A DNA stretch of 63,955 nucleotides, the filler included. It is 9 parts of 9 records of this genome, joined end to end, with 100 filler letters (N's around TTAATTAATTAA, not from the genome) between each part and the next. Parts side by side here need not be neighbours in the genome. Positions count along the whole stretch, not along the records: positions 53,181 to 58,721 come from SRR31147125_71945; positions 58,822 to 63,955 come from SRR31147125_72300; 7 more parts are not named here. One strand, written 5' to 3'. The stretch's first letter is position 1, and each line of letters starts with the position of its first letter. The notes below the pieces were generated by a model. The model had not been told where the DNA came from. It saw nothing but the letters and a program-made list of their open reading frames with translations, and ran no database searches. The position numbers and the translations under genes are program-made. Positions 53,701 to 63,955 of the stretch are shown here, in pieces.

Positions 53701-56586
53701 TTATTTTTCCACAATCAGCTTGAGAATGCTTTTCCTCTTCCAGATTAACGCTCCGAACAAGAACCAAAGAACAAAGGTTGTGAGTAGTGCATTGTTGCCA
53801 TATATCGCTACAAGTCCGGTATTGTTACAGTCACTTGGCTCATAATCGTAATCTACTTTGAAATCGTAATTGCCGCAATTGCCACTTTTGTAGTCAACTA
53901 CCGCAAAGAAAATTTGTCCGGTGTTGCTGGCAGGAATTTCCATATCGATATAGTTTCCGCTTCCCTGATAATCAAAGCAGCTATTAGGATTATTGCAATC
54001 ACTAAGGAAGTACATGGCTTCATATTGAATTGAATCTCCAGGTGGGTACAAACTAACTCTCATATCATTTCCAGCTATTGCCTTGATAGCGTAGATGTTG
54101 TCCTGACCTGTTGTCTGGTCACTGGTTGCGCTACAACCATTAGCCCTGTAATCGTTTCCTGCGCCACATGTTGTTCTGCTGTTATAACGTGTGTTCCTTG
54201 TTATAAGATTATTTAGTGCATTTGCGCATTTTCCTGAAATGCAGCTTCCATTATAGCAGGCTTGACTTGATGAACATTTGCTGAAGCATCCGCCACAGTG
54301 ATCCTTATTTGTATTTGGGTCAACGCATTTGTTATCACAGCAAATTTTACCAGCATCGCATCCACCAGCACAGTTGCAATCGCTATCTTGCAAATCCGTT
54401 TTTCCATCGCAATCGTTATCTTTTGTGTCGTCACAAACTTCCGCTTTGCCTGGGTTAATATCTGGATCGCTGTCGTCACAATCAGTACCACCTTGGCATT
54501 GATCGTCATAGAAATAATCGTTATCTGTATCTTTGATTACTTTGTATAGGCAGTTCTTTTCTGTATCGCAGTAATCGCCGGTGCAGTCATTGTGGTCATC
54601 GCAAAGTGAATGATCCTGAGTATTGAAGCATCCATCGGCAGGCGAACATGTATCTACCGTACAAGCGATCGAATCATTGCAGTTAAGTGGAGGGCCATCT
54701 TTGCAGACTCCACCCACGCAAGTTTCTGTTCCATTGCAGAGGTTTCCATCTGCGCAATCCGCATTTGTGACACATTTGGGTGGTTCTACACAGTCTTTAT
54801 CAGGATCACAAATGAGTCCTGAACTACAATTTGTATCATCTGCATTATAGGCACAACCTGAACTTGTTACACAAATGTCATTTGTGCAACCGACACTATC
54901 ATCACATTTGCTGTTATCGGCTGCATGTTGACAGTTAAATTTCGGAGAGCATGTGTCTGTTGTGCAAGGATAGTCATCTTTGCAGTAGTCGTGATTTGGT
55001 GTGGAAACACATCCGTTTGATGCAATCTCGCAAACATCTACAGTACATGGGACGAGATCGTCGCAGAATGTGTTATCTTCTACATTCTGACAATCTTTCT
55101 TAGCATTACATGAATCGATTGTACAATTGATTCCATCATCACATCTTTCATCGTTCGGTTCGTTGACGCAGCCTTTTACTGGGTCGCATGTATCTGCTGT
55201 ACATTTGATGTTATCATTGCAGCTTAGTTTCGTTCCCGGTTGACAACCGCCTGTAATATGGCAAGTCTCTATACCAGTGCATACATCATTGTCCGAGCAT
55301 TCTTCATCAAGAGGAGTATGTACGCATTTATTGGTAGACTCATCGCAGGAATCGCTAGTACAAGTTACTTTGTCGTCGCAATCCGGAGGTGTTCCCTGAG
55401 CGCAATACGCTCCATCGCATGTTTCTTCTCCATTGCACCACAATCCATCATCACATTGTGCATTGGTTTGACATTCTTCTTTTGGAGCGCATCCTGTAGT
55501 TGCATCGTGTTTGGATGATGCAGGATTGCATACATTGTCTCCGGTGCACTGAGAATGGTCAGGCTTGAATTCGCAACCGTTTGCGGCAGTACAGACATCG
55601 TTTGTGCAGCTAAAATCATCTTTACATTGCGAGTTGTCCAAAGTTAATAAACAGCCCAGATCTTTATCACAATATTCTTTTGTGCATGCTTTGCCATCAT
55701 CTGCGCATTTGGTGTTGTCGACTGTATAAACACAACCTTTTTCTGTGATGTCACATACATCACTTGTGCAATCGATTTTATCATCACAAAGTGTATTCTT
55801 GGCTTCATTTACACAACCGGAGAATTCTACACAAGTGTCTTCTGTGCAAGGTATGCCATCTTCGCAATCAGGGGCAATACCAGGTTGGCAACCTTGAACC
55901 TGATCGCAATATTCATTTCCGTTGCAAGGATCTGAATCTGTGCAAAGTGTATGGTTGGTTGTGTGATCGCAAGTGTTTTTTTGCTCATCACAGGTATCAT
56001 CTGTGCAATCTACATTATCGTTGCATGGATTTTCACCATATTGGCAGATTCCGTTGGAGCCACATGTTTCTTTACCATCACAATATAGGCCGTTATTGCA
56101 GTCGGAATCATACTCGCATGTTTTGCCTGTGGATTTATCCTCTTCTTCTTCTGCTACGTTATCTGTATCCCCATCAACTGGAGGTGTCGTTGTATCAGTT
56201 TCGGTTTCCGGTTTATCAAGATCGAAATCGGTTTCAACTTGAGTGTCACCATCGGTCACAGGAGTTGTAGTGTCTCCATCAGGAGTGGTTGTATCCGGGA
56301 CACACATAGTTCCTTCGCATTTATAGCCGTCAGGACAACCACCTTGCATAAAGCATCCATCTTCCTGATTTTCGGATGTTATTGTATCACCATCAAGGTT
56401 TAGTGGTGGTTTGTCGTTAGGATTATATACGTCTTCCTCACAAACTCCATTAATACAAGTTTGACCGGAAGGGCAATCCGAGTTTGAGATACAGTTGATC
56501 TGTTTGATTCCACCGGACTTGTCATCGCAAGCAGACAGAACAAAAATACAAACAAGCAACATAACTATAGAATAATACTTACGCAT
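53701..56586 (-). CDS. Large cysteine-rich repeat surface lipoprotein
   Basis: LSAC lipobox; DGD/Thr-rich linker; many CDDxxxCTxDxC repeats; DCDDSDPDINPGKAEVCD..DNDCDG motif; C-terminal Cys + TM + basic tail. Confidence 0.88.
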   Translation of the reverse strand: MRKYYSIVMLLVCIFVLSACDDKSGGIKQINCISNSDCPSGQTCINGVCEEDVYNPNDKPPLNLDGDTITSENQEDGCFMQGGCPDGYKCEGTMCVPDTTTPDGDTTTPVTDGDTQVETDFDLDKPETETDTTTPPVDGDTDNVAEEEEDKSTGKTCEYDSDCNNGLYCDGKETCGSNGICQYGENPCNDNVDCTDDTCDEQKNTCDHTTNHTLCTDSDPCNGNEYCDQVQGCQPGIAPDCEDGIPCTEDTCVEFSGCVNEAKNTLCDDKIDCTSDVCDITEKGCVYTVDNTKCADDGKACTKEYCDKDLGCLLTLDNSQCKDDFSCTNDVCTAANGCEFKPDHSQCTGDNVCNPASSKHDATTGCAPKEECQTNAQCDDGLWCNGEETCDGAYCAQGTPPDCDDKVTCTSDSCDESTNKCVHTPLDEECSDNDVCTGIETCHITGGCQPGTKLSCNDNIKCTADTCDPVKGCVNEPNDERCDDGINCTIDSCNAKKDCQNVEDNTFCDDLVPCTVDVCEIASNGCVSTPNHDYCKDDYPCTTDTCSPKFNCQHAADNSKCDDSVGCTNDICVTSSGCAYNADDTNCSSGLICDPDKDCVEPPKCVTNADCADGNLCNGTETCVGGVCKDGPPLNCNDSIACTVDTCSPADGCFNTQDHSLCDDHNDCTGDYCDTEKNCLYKVIKDTDNDYFYDDQCQGGTDCDDSDPDINPGKAEVCDDTKDNDCDGKTDLQDSDCNCAGGCDAGKICCDNKCVDPNTNKDHCGGCFSKCSSSQACYNGSCISGKCANALNNLITRNTRYNSRTTCGAGNDYRANGCSATSDQTTGQDNIYAIKAIAGNDMRVSLYPPGDSIQYEAMYFLSDCNNPNSCFDYQGSGNYIDMEIPASNTGQIFFAVVDYKSGNCGNYDFKVDYDYEPSDCNNTGLVAIYGNNALLTTFVLWFLFGALIWKRKSILKLIVEK

Positions 56587-56783
56587 GATCATTTCTCCTG
56601 AAATGACTGAGTCCAAAGAAAAAATATACTCCGTGTACGAGTTCCAAGATGTTAAATATATAATGCTACACGTATATTTGGCAACCTTTTTCTTGTCATT
56701 GGCGAGTTACGAAAAACGAGGGAAATTCTTGATATTGTAAAAGAAATCCTCTTGACGCAATGCGCCAACATAAGTTCCTGTAA

Positions 56784-57983
56784 TTACTTCGTTATTTTAT
56801 CAGACACGATTTCGGAAGGATTATTCAATTTGGCGGATATGCTTTGAACCCAGGGAACAAGGGATTCCCCTACAAGCCTGTTTCCGTAAATATTCCAGTG
56901 AAAATCAATCTTATGGTGAACAGGGATATTGTTATCTTCTTCTTTTTTTAATCTGTCTTTAAGATTTATGACATCTATATCAAGCAATTTAGCTGAAGAT
57001 TCCAGCAGTTTTGCTGGTTGATCCCAATCGACTTCTATATCGGGGAATTTCTTCTCGATTTCCTTTTGCATGCTTACACGCACTTGCTCCGGAGTTGTCG
57101 CAATAGCGACTAACATCTTGATATTCCTTGAGAAAAGCTCGTTTCTGAATTCTTTTAGAATCGCTTTTTCAACTTCAGCCTGTTTTTCAAGTATTGGCTT
57201 TTCGGAAACTCTATAATAGCCATGCAAATAATCCGAAGGGTCGTTTTCCCATGATTTTTTTAGTGATGTAAAAGCATGATAAACCATCCTGAACAAGTGT
57301 GATCTTAAATAAATACTCATCCAGTTTCCAACATGTCGCATGAAAAAGCGTTCGGTGAAATTACCGGGAGGCTTTTTGACCGGATGGCCTTTCATTACCA
57401 TTTTTCCATTGGTATCAACACTGAAAGCAGGGCGGGGATATAGTTCATGTTCCGGGTTATCGGATACATTGTCCGAGAGGTCGTTACCCGGATAGGACAT
57501 TATTATTACGGCATCGGGGTTGAAGCCGAGAATTTCGTCTTTTAGTTGAAGCAAGTGCTGTCCTCGACCAAAACCGGATATGCCGAAATTGATAACTTCA
57601 TAGCCAGAACCGAGTTCTGTTTCAAGCACTTCGGCAAACATGTGTTCGTTGTTTACGCCGAATCCCCAGGTGAATGAGTCTCCCAAGACGGCAACTCGAA
57701 AGACATCCTTTGGTTTGGTTTTCGAGTAATCATTATCACGATAGCCTAGAGAGTTGGTTTTGACTATTGTGTCAAATTCTTCGCCTCGCTTGAATTCACC
57801 TTGTACATTCGGTTTGCCTCTCCATCCAAGATGTTCATCAAACTGAAAGAAAAGATACTGGTTGCCTTCGAGAAGAAAGGCGTTGTCATAATAGAATCTG
57901 GCGAAGATTTCAAGCACAACAACAAACACAAAAATTATGCTTAAATTTATTATCAGAATTTTTAAAAGCTCTTTGATATTCAA
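56784..57983 (-). CDS. SGNH/GDSL hydrolase family membrane-anchored protein
   Basis: TNSLGYRD, LGDSFTWG, INFGISG, GNDL, DFHWN. Confidence 0.88.
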   Translation of the reverse strand: MNIKELLKILIINLSIIFVFVVVLEIFARFYYDNAFLLEGNQYLFFQFDEHLGWRGKPNVQGEFKRGEEFDTIVKTNSLGYRDNDYSKTKPKDVFRVAVLGDSFTWGFGVNNEHMFAEVLETELGSGYEVINFGISGFGRGQHLLQLKDEILGFNPDAVIIMSYPGNDLSDNVSDNPEHELYPRPAFSVDTNGKMVMKGHPVKKPPGNFTERFFMRHVGNWMSIYLRSHLFRMVYHAFTSLKKSWENDPSDYLHGYYRVSEKPILEKQAEVEKAILKEFRNELFSRNIKMLVAIATTPEQVRVSMQKEIEKKFPDIEVDWDQPAKLLESSAKLLDIDVINLKDRLKKEEDNNIPVHHKIDFHWNIYGNRLVGESLVPWVQSISAKLNNPSEIVSDKITK

Positions 57984-58021
57984 TGCTTACCTGCTTGGAT
58001 AAAAAGATTTTCTTGTGATTT

Positions 58022-58518
58022 TTATTCTTTGATTTCGGGAATTTTACCGAATCTTGACCAGATTTTGTCGAAAAAATGTAGAGAAAGAACTGTTGTCAAT
58101 CCTGCACAAATCACTGAAGTTGCAGTCAGGAAGATCATTTTGGATTGAAATTCAAGATAATCAGCAAAGGAAATCACTATAATTGCCGATAAAAACATTC
58201 CGCCACAAATAGCAAACAAATAAAGATAATAGATTGATTTTCCTACTCTTTCTTCATGGTCTTTTTTTTGTATCCAAACCAGTAGATTTTTATGTTTTTC
58301 GGTTTTCCGAATTTAACAAGGTAAAAAACTGCTGAGAAAAACGAGGTGGCCAAACAGGAAATAGGAAAAGAGAGAGGTTCGATGCTGTAATCATAGGAAA
58401 TGAAAAAGAAAATAAGGAATGTACCCATGAGGAAATATATTACAATCCATGTTGGTAAATAGTCCTTCAGAATCTCGTCGGATCGTCGGACTATACTATC
58501 GCTGTGATAGATTGTCAT
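58022..58518 (-). CDS. One or two small hypothetical membrane proteins (58243-58518 and 58022-58219)
   Basis: Hydrophobic ORFs co-directional with neighbours; boundaries uncertain. Confidence 0.4.
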
Positions 58519-58554
58519 CGCTAAATCCCATAAAAGGTATGTAAGTACTTTAAA

Positions 58555-58721
58555 TTACTGTTTTTTCTTCTTCTTTTTGTTTCTTGTTTCTTCAAGGAAT
58601 TCAAGCAAGCGTTTCTTTTCATCTTCTGAAAGGTTAAGGAACTTCAGGCCGATTCCGGGTTTGAGATCCAGCTTTTTGGCGGAATCCGCTTGCAGTAAAT
58701 GGACGACTTTTGCGTCTGCAC
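58555..58721 (-). CDS. PilZ-domain protein, C-terminal fragment
   Basis: Manual translation ADAKVVH...PGIGLKFLNLSEDEKKRLLEFLE, typical of a PilZ C-terminus. Confidence 0.65.
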
Positions 58722-58821
58722 NNNNNNNNNNNNNNNNNNNNNNNNNNNNNNNNNNNNNNNNNNNNTTAATTAATTAANNNNNNNNNNNNNNNNNNNNNNN
58801 NNNNNNNNNNNNNNNNNNNNN

Positions 58822-61800
58822 GGGGATCGTCTTGCTCTGTACCTCGATGGAGATCTTGCAACGGAAGACGACGTAACCCCAACGTCCATCCTCTGGAAGC
58901 AGGCAGAGACAACCATGACGATTGGTGGCCAGTCGTCAGGAAAAAGCCATACCTTTGAAGGGGATCTCGATGATGTGCGTGTATACAAAGCGGCTCTGAC
59001 GCAGGAACAAGTCAATGCCGTACGCACTCTCCGTGAGAATGCATCCTGGCGAACCGTGGTGGCGAGTGTGCAGGGAAGTCTCACCGTGAACAACCTTAAA
59101 CCCAACACGGATTACACGTTCGCCGTTGTAGCCCATACTTCCCTGGGAACATCAGATATCGGTATGTGCCCTGTGCAATGCATTCGTCCCTCCACTCACT
59201 TCACTCCCAGTGTTCTCTACTAGTGCACGTACATCTGCAAAAACCATCCTTGCCAATCCATCCTTTGAATTGGATGATGGGACATGGACGGGTATTGGAA
59301 GTGGATTTCACTGGGAGGAGGGGCACAAGCACGCGCTGGCCAACGTTGTGCCCGAGTGCGTAGTGTCATTGATATGTGTTCGTTTACATATTCCTTTCTC
59401 ATGGGAGGCCCTTCATTCAGATAACCAATGAAGATGGAGCAACAGGATCACGAGGGGTGCGGAGTACAGTGTTCCTAAATCAAGGTGCACGAGCAGCTGT
59501 TGTGATCAAGGCCTTTGCAAAGGCCGACGGCGTGGAGGGAGAGGATAATGAGGACGACTATGCACTCGCTTGCGATTTCGAATACACCGATGAATCGACG
59601 GAGACAGGAGGAAGAATAGCCTTTGGTGCAAGTTCCCGTGATTGGGAGGCAAGAACTCTTGTGTTGCACCCCAGGAAACCAATTCTCCGTGTGATCATCA
59701 TGCTTCTCTTCCAGAACCGGCGAGGAACAGTGTACTTTGATCAAGTGGACGTGCGAGAGGATACGGCAATTCCCGTACTCACCACATGTCGTGCCGTGGG
59801 AGATCCACACATTCGCACGTTTGATGGATTGCGATACGATTTCCAGGGGGCTGGAGAGTACTGGCTCGTCAAGTCTCTTCATTCGTCCTTTGCTGTCCAG
59901 GCTCGACTAGGAAAATCGGGAAGTGCATTTTCCATTGTGACGGCTGTGGCAATTTCGGGAACGGGCGGCACACGTATGAGCCTCTCTACCTCCGGAGCGC
60001 ATCCTGTGGTCAAGATTGATGGACTCCTCCAGACCCTGAGCAGCGATACACGTATAACAAGGGCCGATGGTACTATATCCGTCCGTGGAACACTTTGGAC
60101 AGATAATCTGAGTTATGTGTACTACGATGTGGTGGGAATGCAAGTGGAGCTGCGTGTACGGACAGGAACAAGTGGACAACTGTACATTCAAGTATTTGTC
60201 TCGATTCCCGTCGATGCGCCACACAATGCAGTGAATGGTTTGTGTGGAAGTGCAGATGGGAATACGGCAAACGATTTGATGCCTCGAGGAGGGCAAAATG
60301 CTATTTCAATACATGAACGCACCTACGAGAATCTCTACGATTCATTTGGTGATAGCTGGCGGCTTGTGCACGATACAGGGGAGTCCTTGTTTGACTATGA
60401 ACCTGGAGAAACAACGGACACGTTTACAGATCGGGCCTATCCTGGGTCTATGCTCACACCAGAGGATTTCGACGATGGTCAACGCGCAGTGGCGGTGGCG
60501 ATTTGCACAGAGCGAGGCGCTTCATCTAACACCCTTCGCGCGTGTGTCCTTGATCTTCTTGGGACTCTCGACACTACGTTGGCTGTGGGCAATATTGAAT
60601 CAGAGAGCGCTGGAGGTGCGTGTGTGTGGATAGTGTTCTTTGTTGTCTGATGGCTCTGATGGCTCTGATGACTCCGTACACAGAATGTCCGAATCGACGA
60701 ACAGATGTGGGGAAATCATACGTGTGTTATCACACAGGAAATGGGCGGTTCAGGCTTATTCAAGCTACTCTGACGTTGTTGTGGAAGTACCTTGGACGAG
60801 GAGGCTTCTTGCCGAACACTCGAGCCCCAGACGGCTTTCTATACGATTGTGAGTGTGAGTGTAAGCCAGATACCAACAACGAACGCGAAATCTTGGCAAA
60901 TCCCACCATGGAGACATTGGATGGTAATCTTGTTGCGGATTGGCAACAGTATGAAAGTGGATACTCCATCACGGTGCAGGACTTTCGTGGCACAGCATCG
61001 GTTCAGGTTATCGCGGTCACGAATGCAGAACAAACGGATAAGCGTGGTGCAGCACAATTAGTGATGATGGATCGTGAGGATGTATTTCCCTTGCGTGTAT
61101 CGGGATGGTCAGCAGCCCAATTAGTTTCAGGTGTGTCTGACTATCATTATTCCATCTATGTCGATGTGTTCTACAAGGACGGGACCAAATTGTACGGTCA
61201 ACATGCACCTTTTTCCGTGGGTTCGCACGATTGGGAACGTGTCGAGTTCACGATCAAGCCAACTCAACCAATTGACTTTGTTTGGGTGTATTGTCTCTTC
61301 CGAAACCACCAAGGTATTGCCTACTTCAAGAATGTAAGCATGAAGGAAATTGTGAGTCAGGACGACGATGACGACGGTGATGAGGCTGAGGATGACAACA
61401 GGCGATGGCAACGGAGATTGCATACGAGAACGACTAGCAGTGAAGGCAACCTTGTGCAAAATGGATTCTTTCATACTCCCGGCTATGATGGGTCTCAGCC
61501 ACTGCAGCACTGGCGTGCCGTGGGAACTGGTTATGAGCGCTCCATTGAGACACGAGGGAATTCATCGTCTTCGTATTCCGTCACCATGGGAGCTGTTGGG
61601 TTTGAGGATGTGACTGGGGCGACGCAAGAGGTGATACTGGAGCAGACGACTGCGGCTCCATTGTTTGTGAGCGCCTGGAGTCGAGCAGAAGCTGTGTCTG
61701 ACAATGGAGAACCAGAAGACTACTCTGTGTTATTGGATGTGGAGTATGTAACAAGAGAACGAGACTGGTCTTTTTTCTTGCCGTTCTGTTCAGGAAACCA

Positions 61801-63664
61801 CGATTTTGAGCTTGCCAAAGGGATATTCACGCCAATTCTACCGATTCGTACGGTCAATGTGTATCTGACATTCCGTGGGAGGGAGGGAGTGGTCTGGTTC
61901 GATGATATCTGGGTTGGATATGAGGAAGATCCGGAGGCCATCCCTGTCACGACGTCTTCCTCCTCTCTGGATGATGACCCAATCACGACTCTACAGAATC
62001 CGTCTTTCGAAGTGTTAGAAACGGAAGACTTAAGTTTCCCCTCCTATTGGTTGTTCACCTCTACGGGATGTTCTGTGTCCACAACCACCGCACGTACAGG
62101 GTCCAATAGTCTGGCTTGTACAGGAACCGGAATGGTTCAACAGACGATCAGTATTGATCAGGTTTCCATGCCACCTATTCGAATAGGGGTCTTCGGAAAG
62201 GCGGATTCCGTGGAAGGATCACAGGATAGCACATTTAGTCTCAGTGTGAACGTTACATACTCTGATGGAACAAGAGAAGATGCCGTGAATGCGTCGTTCT
62301 GCACCGGAACACATGAGTGGGAGTTTGTCTCCGTCGTTGTGAGTGGCGAGGATGATCGATTCTTGTCCAAGATCACAATTGCCTTGGTATTTCAGGGATC
62401 TGTGGGGCGTGTGTGGTTTGATGATGTCTCTTTTTCTGCGGAGCCATCCTATCGTTTGCCGTTGACCTATCCGTCTGCTCGTCCCGGTGGTTACGGTGAT
62501 GACACAACGGATGCTGATGCACGATCTATTTGGCGTGATCGTGAGGTGTGCCGACGCAATTTGGAAGGGGAATGGGGTTCGGGGAGTTATGTCGCCCCCG
62601 AGCTCAATGCTTCCGAGCCCCATCCGAATGGGGCGGTCACCGATCACCCTACGAACATGACACTTGAGGATTTGTTCGCGGAGGCAACGAATCTCCATTT
62701 CAGGGGAGGACAACGGGCATTAACAGGAGATCTGGCTGGGGCACAAAGTTTGTGGGCCGAGGCACGAGGTTGCTTCACAGCAATCAGCGGTACATCACGG
62801 AGTGCCTCCTTCTGGGGTCTCTCAGGTCTTTCTATGGAGCACTATCCATCTGAGGAATTGTACACAACTCTGGCCTTTGAGGACACCTATCCCTTCCCCG
62901 GCGATGGAGACTACAACGATGCTGTCTTTGCTTTCGAGGCTTCCTCTTGGTTTGATGCCTCTCAGCACCTTGCACAAGTTGATATCACCGTAACAATTTT
63001 GGCACGCGGGAGCATGGCAGATCACGAGCTGGTGTTGCACTTCACGAGACCCATTGCAGGTGGGGCCAGCGTTATCATTTGGCGTTTCGATGAGAACGGG
63101 GTGTTGGAGTCGGTTTATTCGCTGGATACTGTTCCTGGAAACACGTTTACGGAGATCCCCTTGTGTGACAGTTCTGTGAATGCTCTGTCCTCTTTGGTAA
63201 GCAACTCAGATAACGAAACTCTCCTCGAGGGTTATGCAAACGTTTGGACAGATGCGTCACCTCGGGCCGTGGGTCATCGTACAGAAGTATCCATTATTCC
63301 ACACGACCGCACACTTCATCTCAGGGGTCTTCGACTGGAAGGAATGGAATCCACAGACGATTCTCTGTCCCCGCCCTTTGATCCCGTCCTCCGTATTCGA
63401 GGAAGTGGACAAGCCGTTCATGTGCAAGAGGTAACAGGAAACGCTGCGGATGCCTGGGTGGACGATCACCCATATCCATTTGGAATTCTTGTTCCTGGAG
63501 TGTGGAAGTGGCCTCTGGAGGGTGTGCATGTCACATCGGTGTATCCAACCTTTGGTTTTGCATCCACGGGGCATCCTTCATCGGAATGGTGGACCAACAC
63601 GAATCCAGAGTGTGTCACCACGGCGACGGGTGTTGCTGTGTGTCCTGGGGTGTATGATCAATGA
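58822..63664 (+). CDS. Eukaryotic multi-exon gene (5' truncated): LamG-like, FN3, CBM-like repeats, VWD and LruC/DUF4842 domains
   Basis: Four ORFs join in frame via GT-AG introns 59162-59210, 59356-59407 (or 59360-59420) and 60616-60683, with a possible in-frame intron at 60722-60787. Motifs: FEGDLDDVRVY, LKPNTDYTFAV, GDPHIRTFDG, GLCG, TLAFEDTYP..GDGDYND, WKWPLEG. Confidence 0.8.
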
Positions 63665-63673
63665 ACCTTCATT

Positions 63674-63694
63674 TCTCTCTCTCTCTCTCTCTCT
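63674..63694. repeat. (CT)n microsatellite in the intergenic spacer
   Basis: TCTCTCTCTCTCTCTCTCTCT. Confidence 0.85.
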
Positions 63695-63699
63695 TACAA

Positions 63700-63955
63700 A
63701 TGGGCGATAGTCCACCGCCAAGAGACGCAGAGGAAGAGGAGACGGAGGTGATCGTACTTGAGGATGAAGAGGAAGAGGGTGATGAAGTGGAGGAAGAAGG
63801 AGAGGAAGGGGAAGAGACGGAAGACGACTCTCTCCAAGCGTTTCTCGGACACAATGGTGCGTGCGGGTGGGCGAGTCTGTGGGAGGACAGGTGAGTTCAC
63901 CGTTCACTCCAACAGGAGAGGTGTACTGCGTGTGTCTCCATCCGACATTGGGGTT
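63700..63955 (+). CDS. AAMP/Sqt1-like WD40 protein, 5' part, with intron 63857-63915
   Basis: Spliced product MGDSPPPRDAEEEETEVIVLEDEEEE...EDDSLQAFLGHNGEVYCVCLHPT, resembling the acidic N-terminus and first WD repeat of AAMP/Sqt1. Donor GTGCGT, acceptor CAG. Confidence 0.75.

Noticed and set aside
54400-56110. Periodic DNA similarity as a tandem repeat or array
   Set aside because: It is fully explained by the Cys-rich protein repeats; codons vary at synonymous positions.
7311-58821. Recurrent TTAATTAATTAA motif, and gene neighbourhoods across the N gaps
   Set aside because: These are artificial concatenation linkers, so cross-gap adjacency has no biological meaning.
59210-60690. Breaks in the contig 9 gene as sequencing frameshifts like those in the other contigs
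   Set aside because: Each break includes extra non-domain sequence bounded by GT...AG whose removal restores the frame, which fits introns rather than single-base indels.

Overview
The window is not one locus. It joins nine unrelated metagenomic contigs (about 5-12 kb each) with 100-nt N/TTAATTAATTAA spacers. Many conserved genes are split by small indels, mostly in homopolymers, which are probably sequencing errors. Contig 1 (1-7310, Desulfobacterales-like): choline dehydrogenase, TetR, tungsten-type aldehyde:ferredoxin oxidoreductase with an Fe-S subunit, and a divergent Liv-type ABC transporter. Contig 2 (7411-19306, Desulfuromonadales-like): HypD-type glycyl radical enzyme, esterase, aspartyl protease, OmpA lipoprotein, ATL, signal-peptide DNA ligase, AraC and USP. 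Contig 3 (19407-26460, FCB-like): GltS, a secreted alpha-amylase, and an intact TnpA/RAYT-like ORF lacking its catalytic residues, followed by a four-hairpin array. Contig 4 (26561-32359): GGDEF protein, Asp-box protein, and a cfa plus geranylgeranyl-reductase pair. Contig 5 (32460-40692): shikimate operon and PolX. Contig 6 (40793-47080): IS200 stub, sodium:solute symporter, LysR and hipBA. Contig 7 (47181-53080, Bacteroidota): sbcD and a kelch/DUF4270/FadL cluster. Contig 8 (53181-58721): ROK kinase and a giant Cys-repeat surface protein. Contig 9 (58822-63955) is eukaryotic. It holds an intron-containing gene for a large LamG-FN3-CBM-VWD protein ending in a bacterial-type LruC/DUF4842 domain, 35 nt upstream of an intron-containing AAMP/Sqt1-like WD40 gene. 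The best leads are the eukaryotic chimeric gene, the catalytically dead TnpA with its hairpin array, the BetA plus AOR cluster, and the cfa-reductase pair. All family and taxon calls come from motif recognition; no searches were run.
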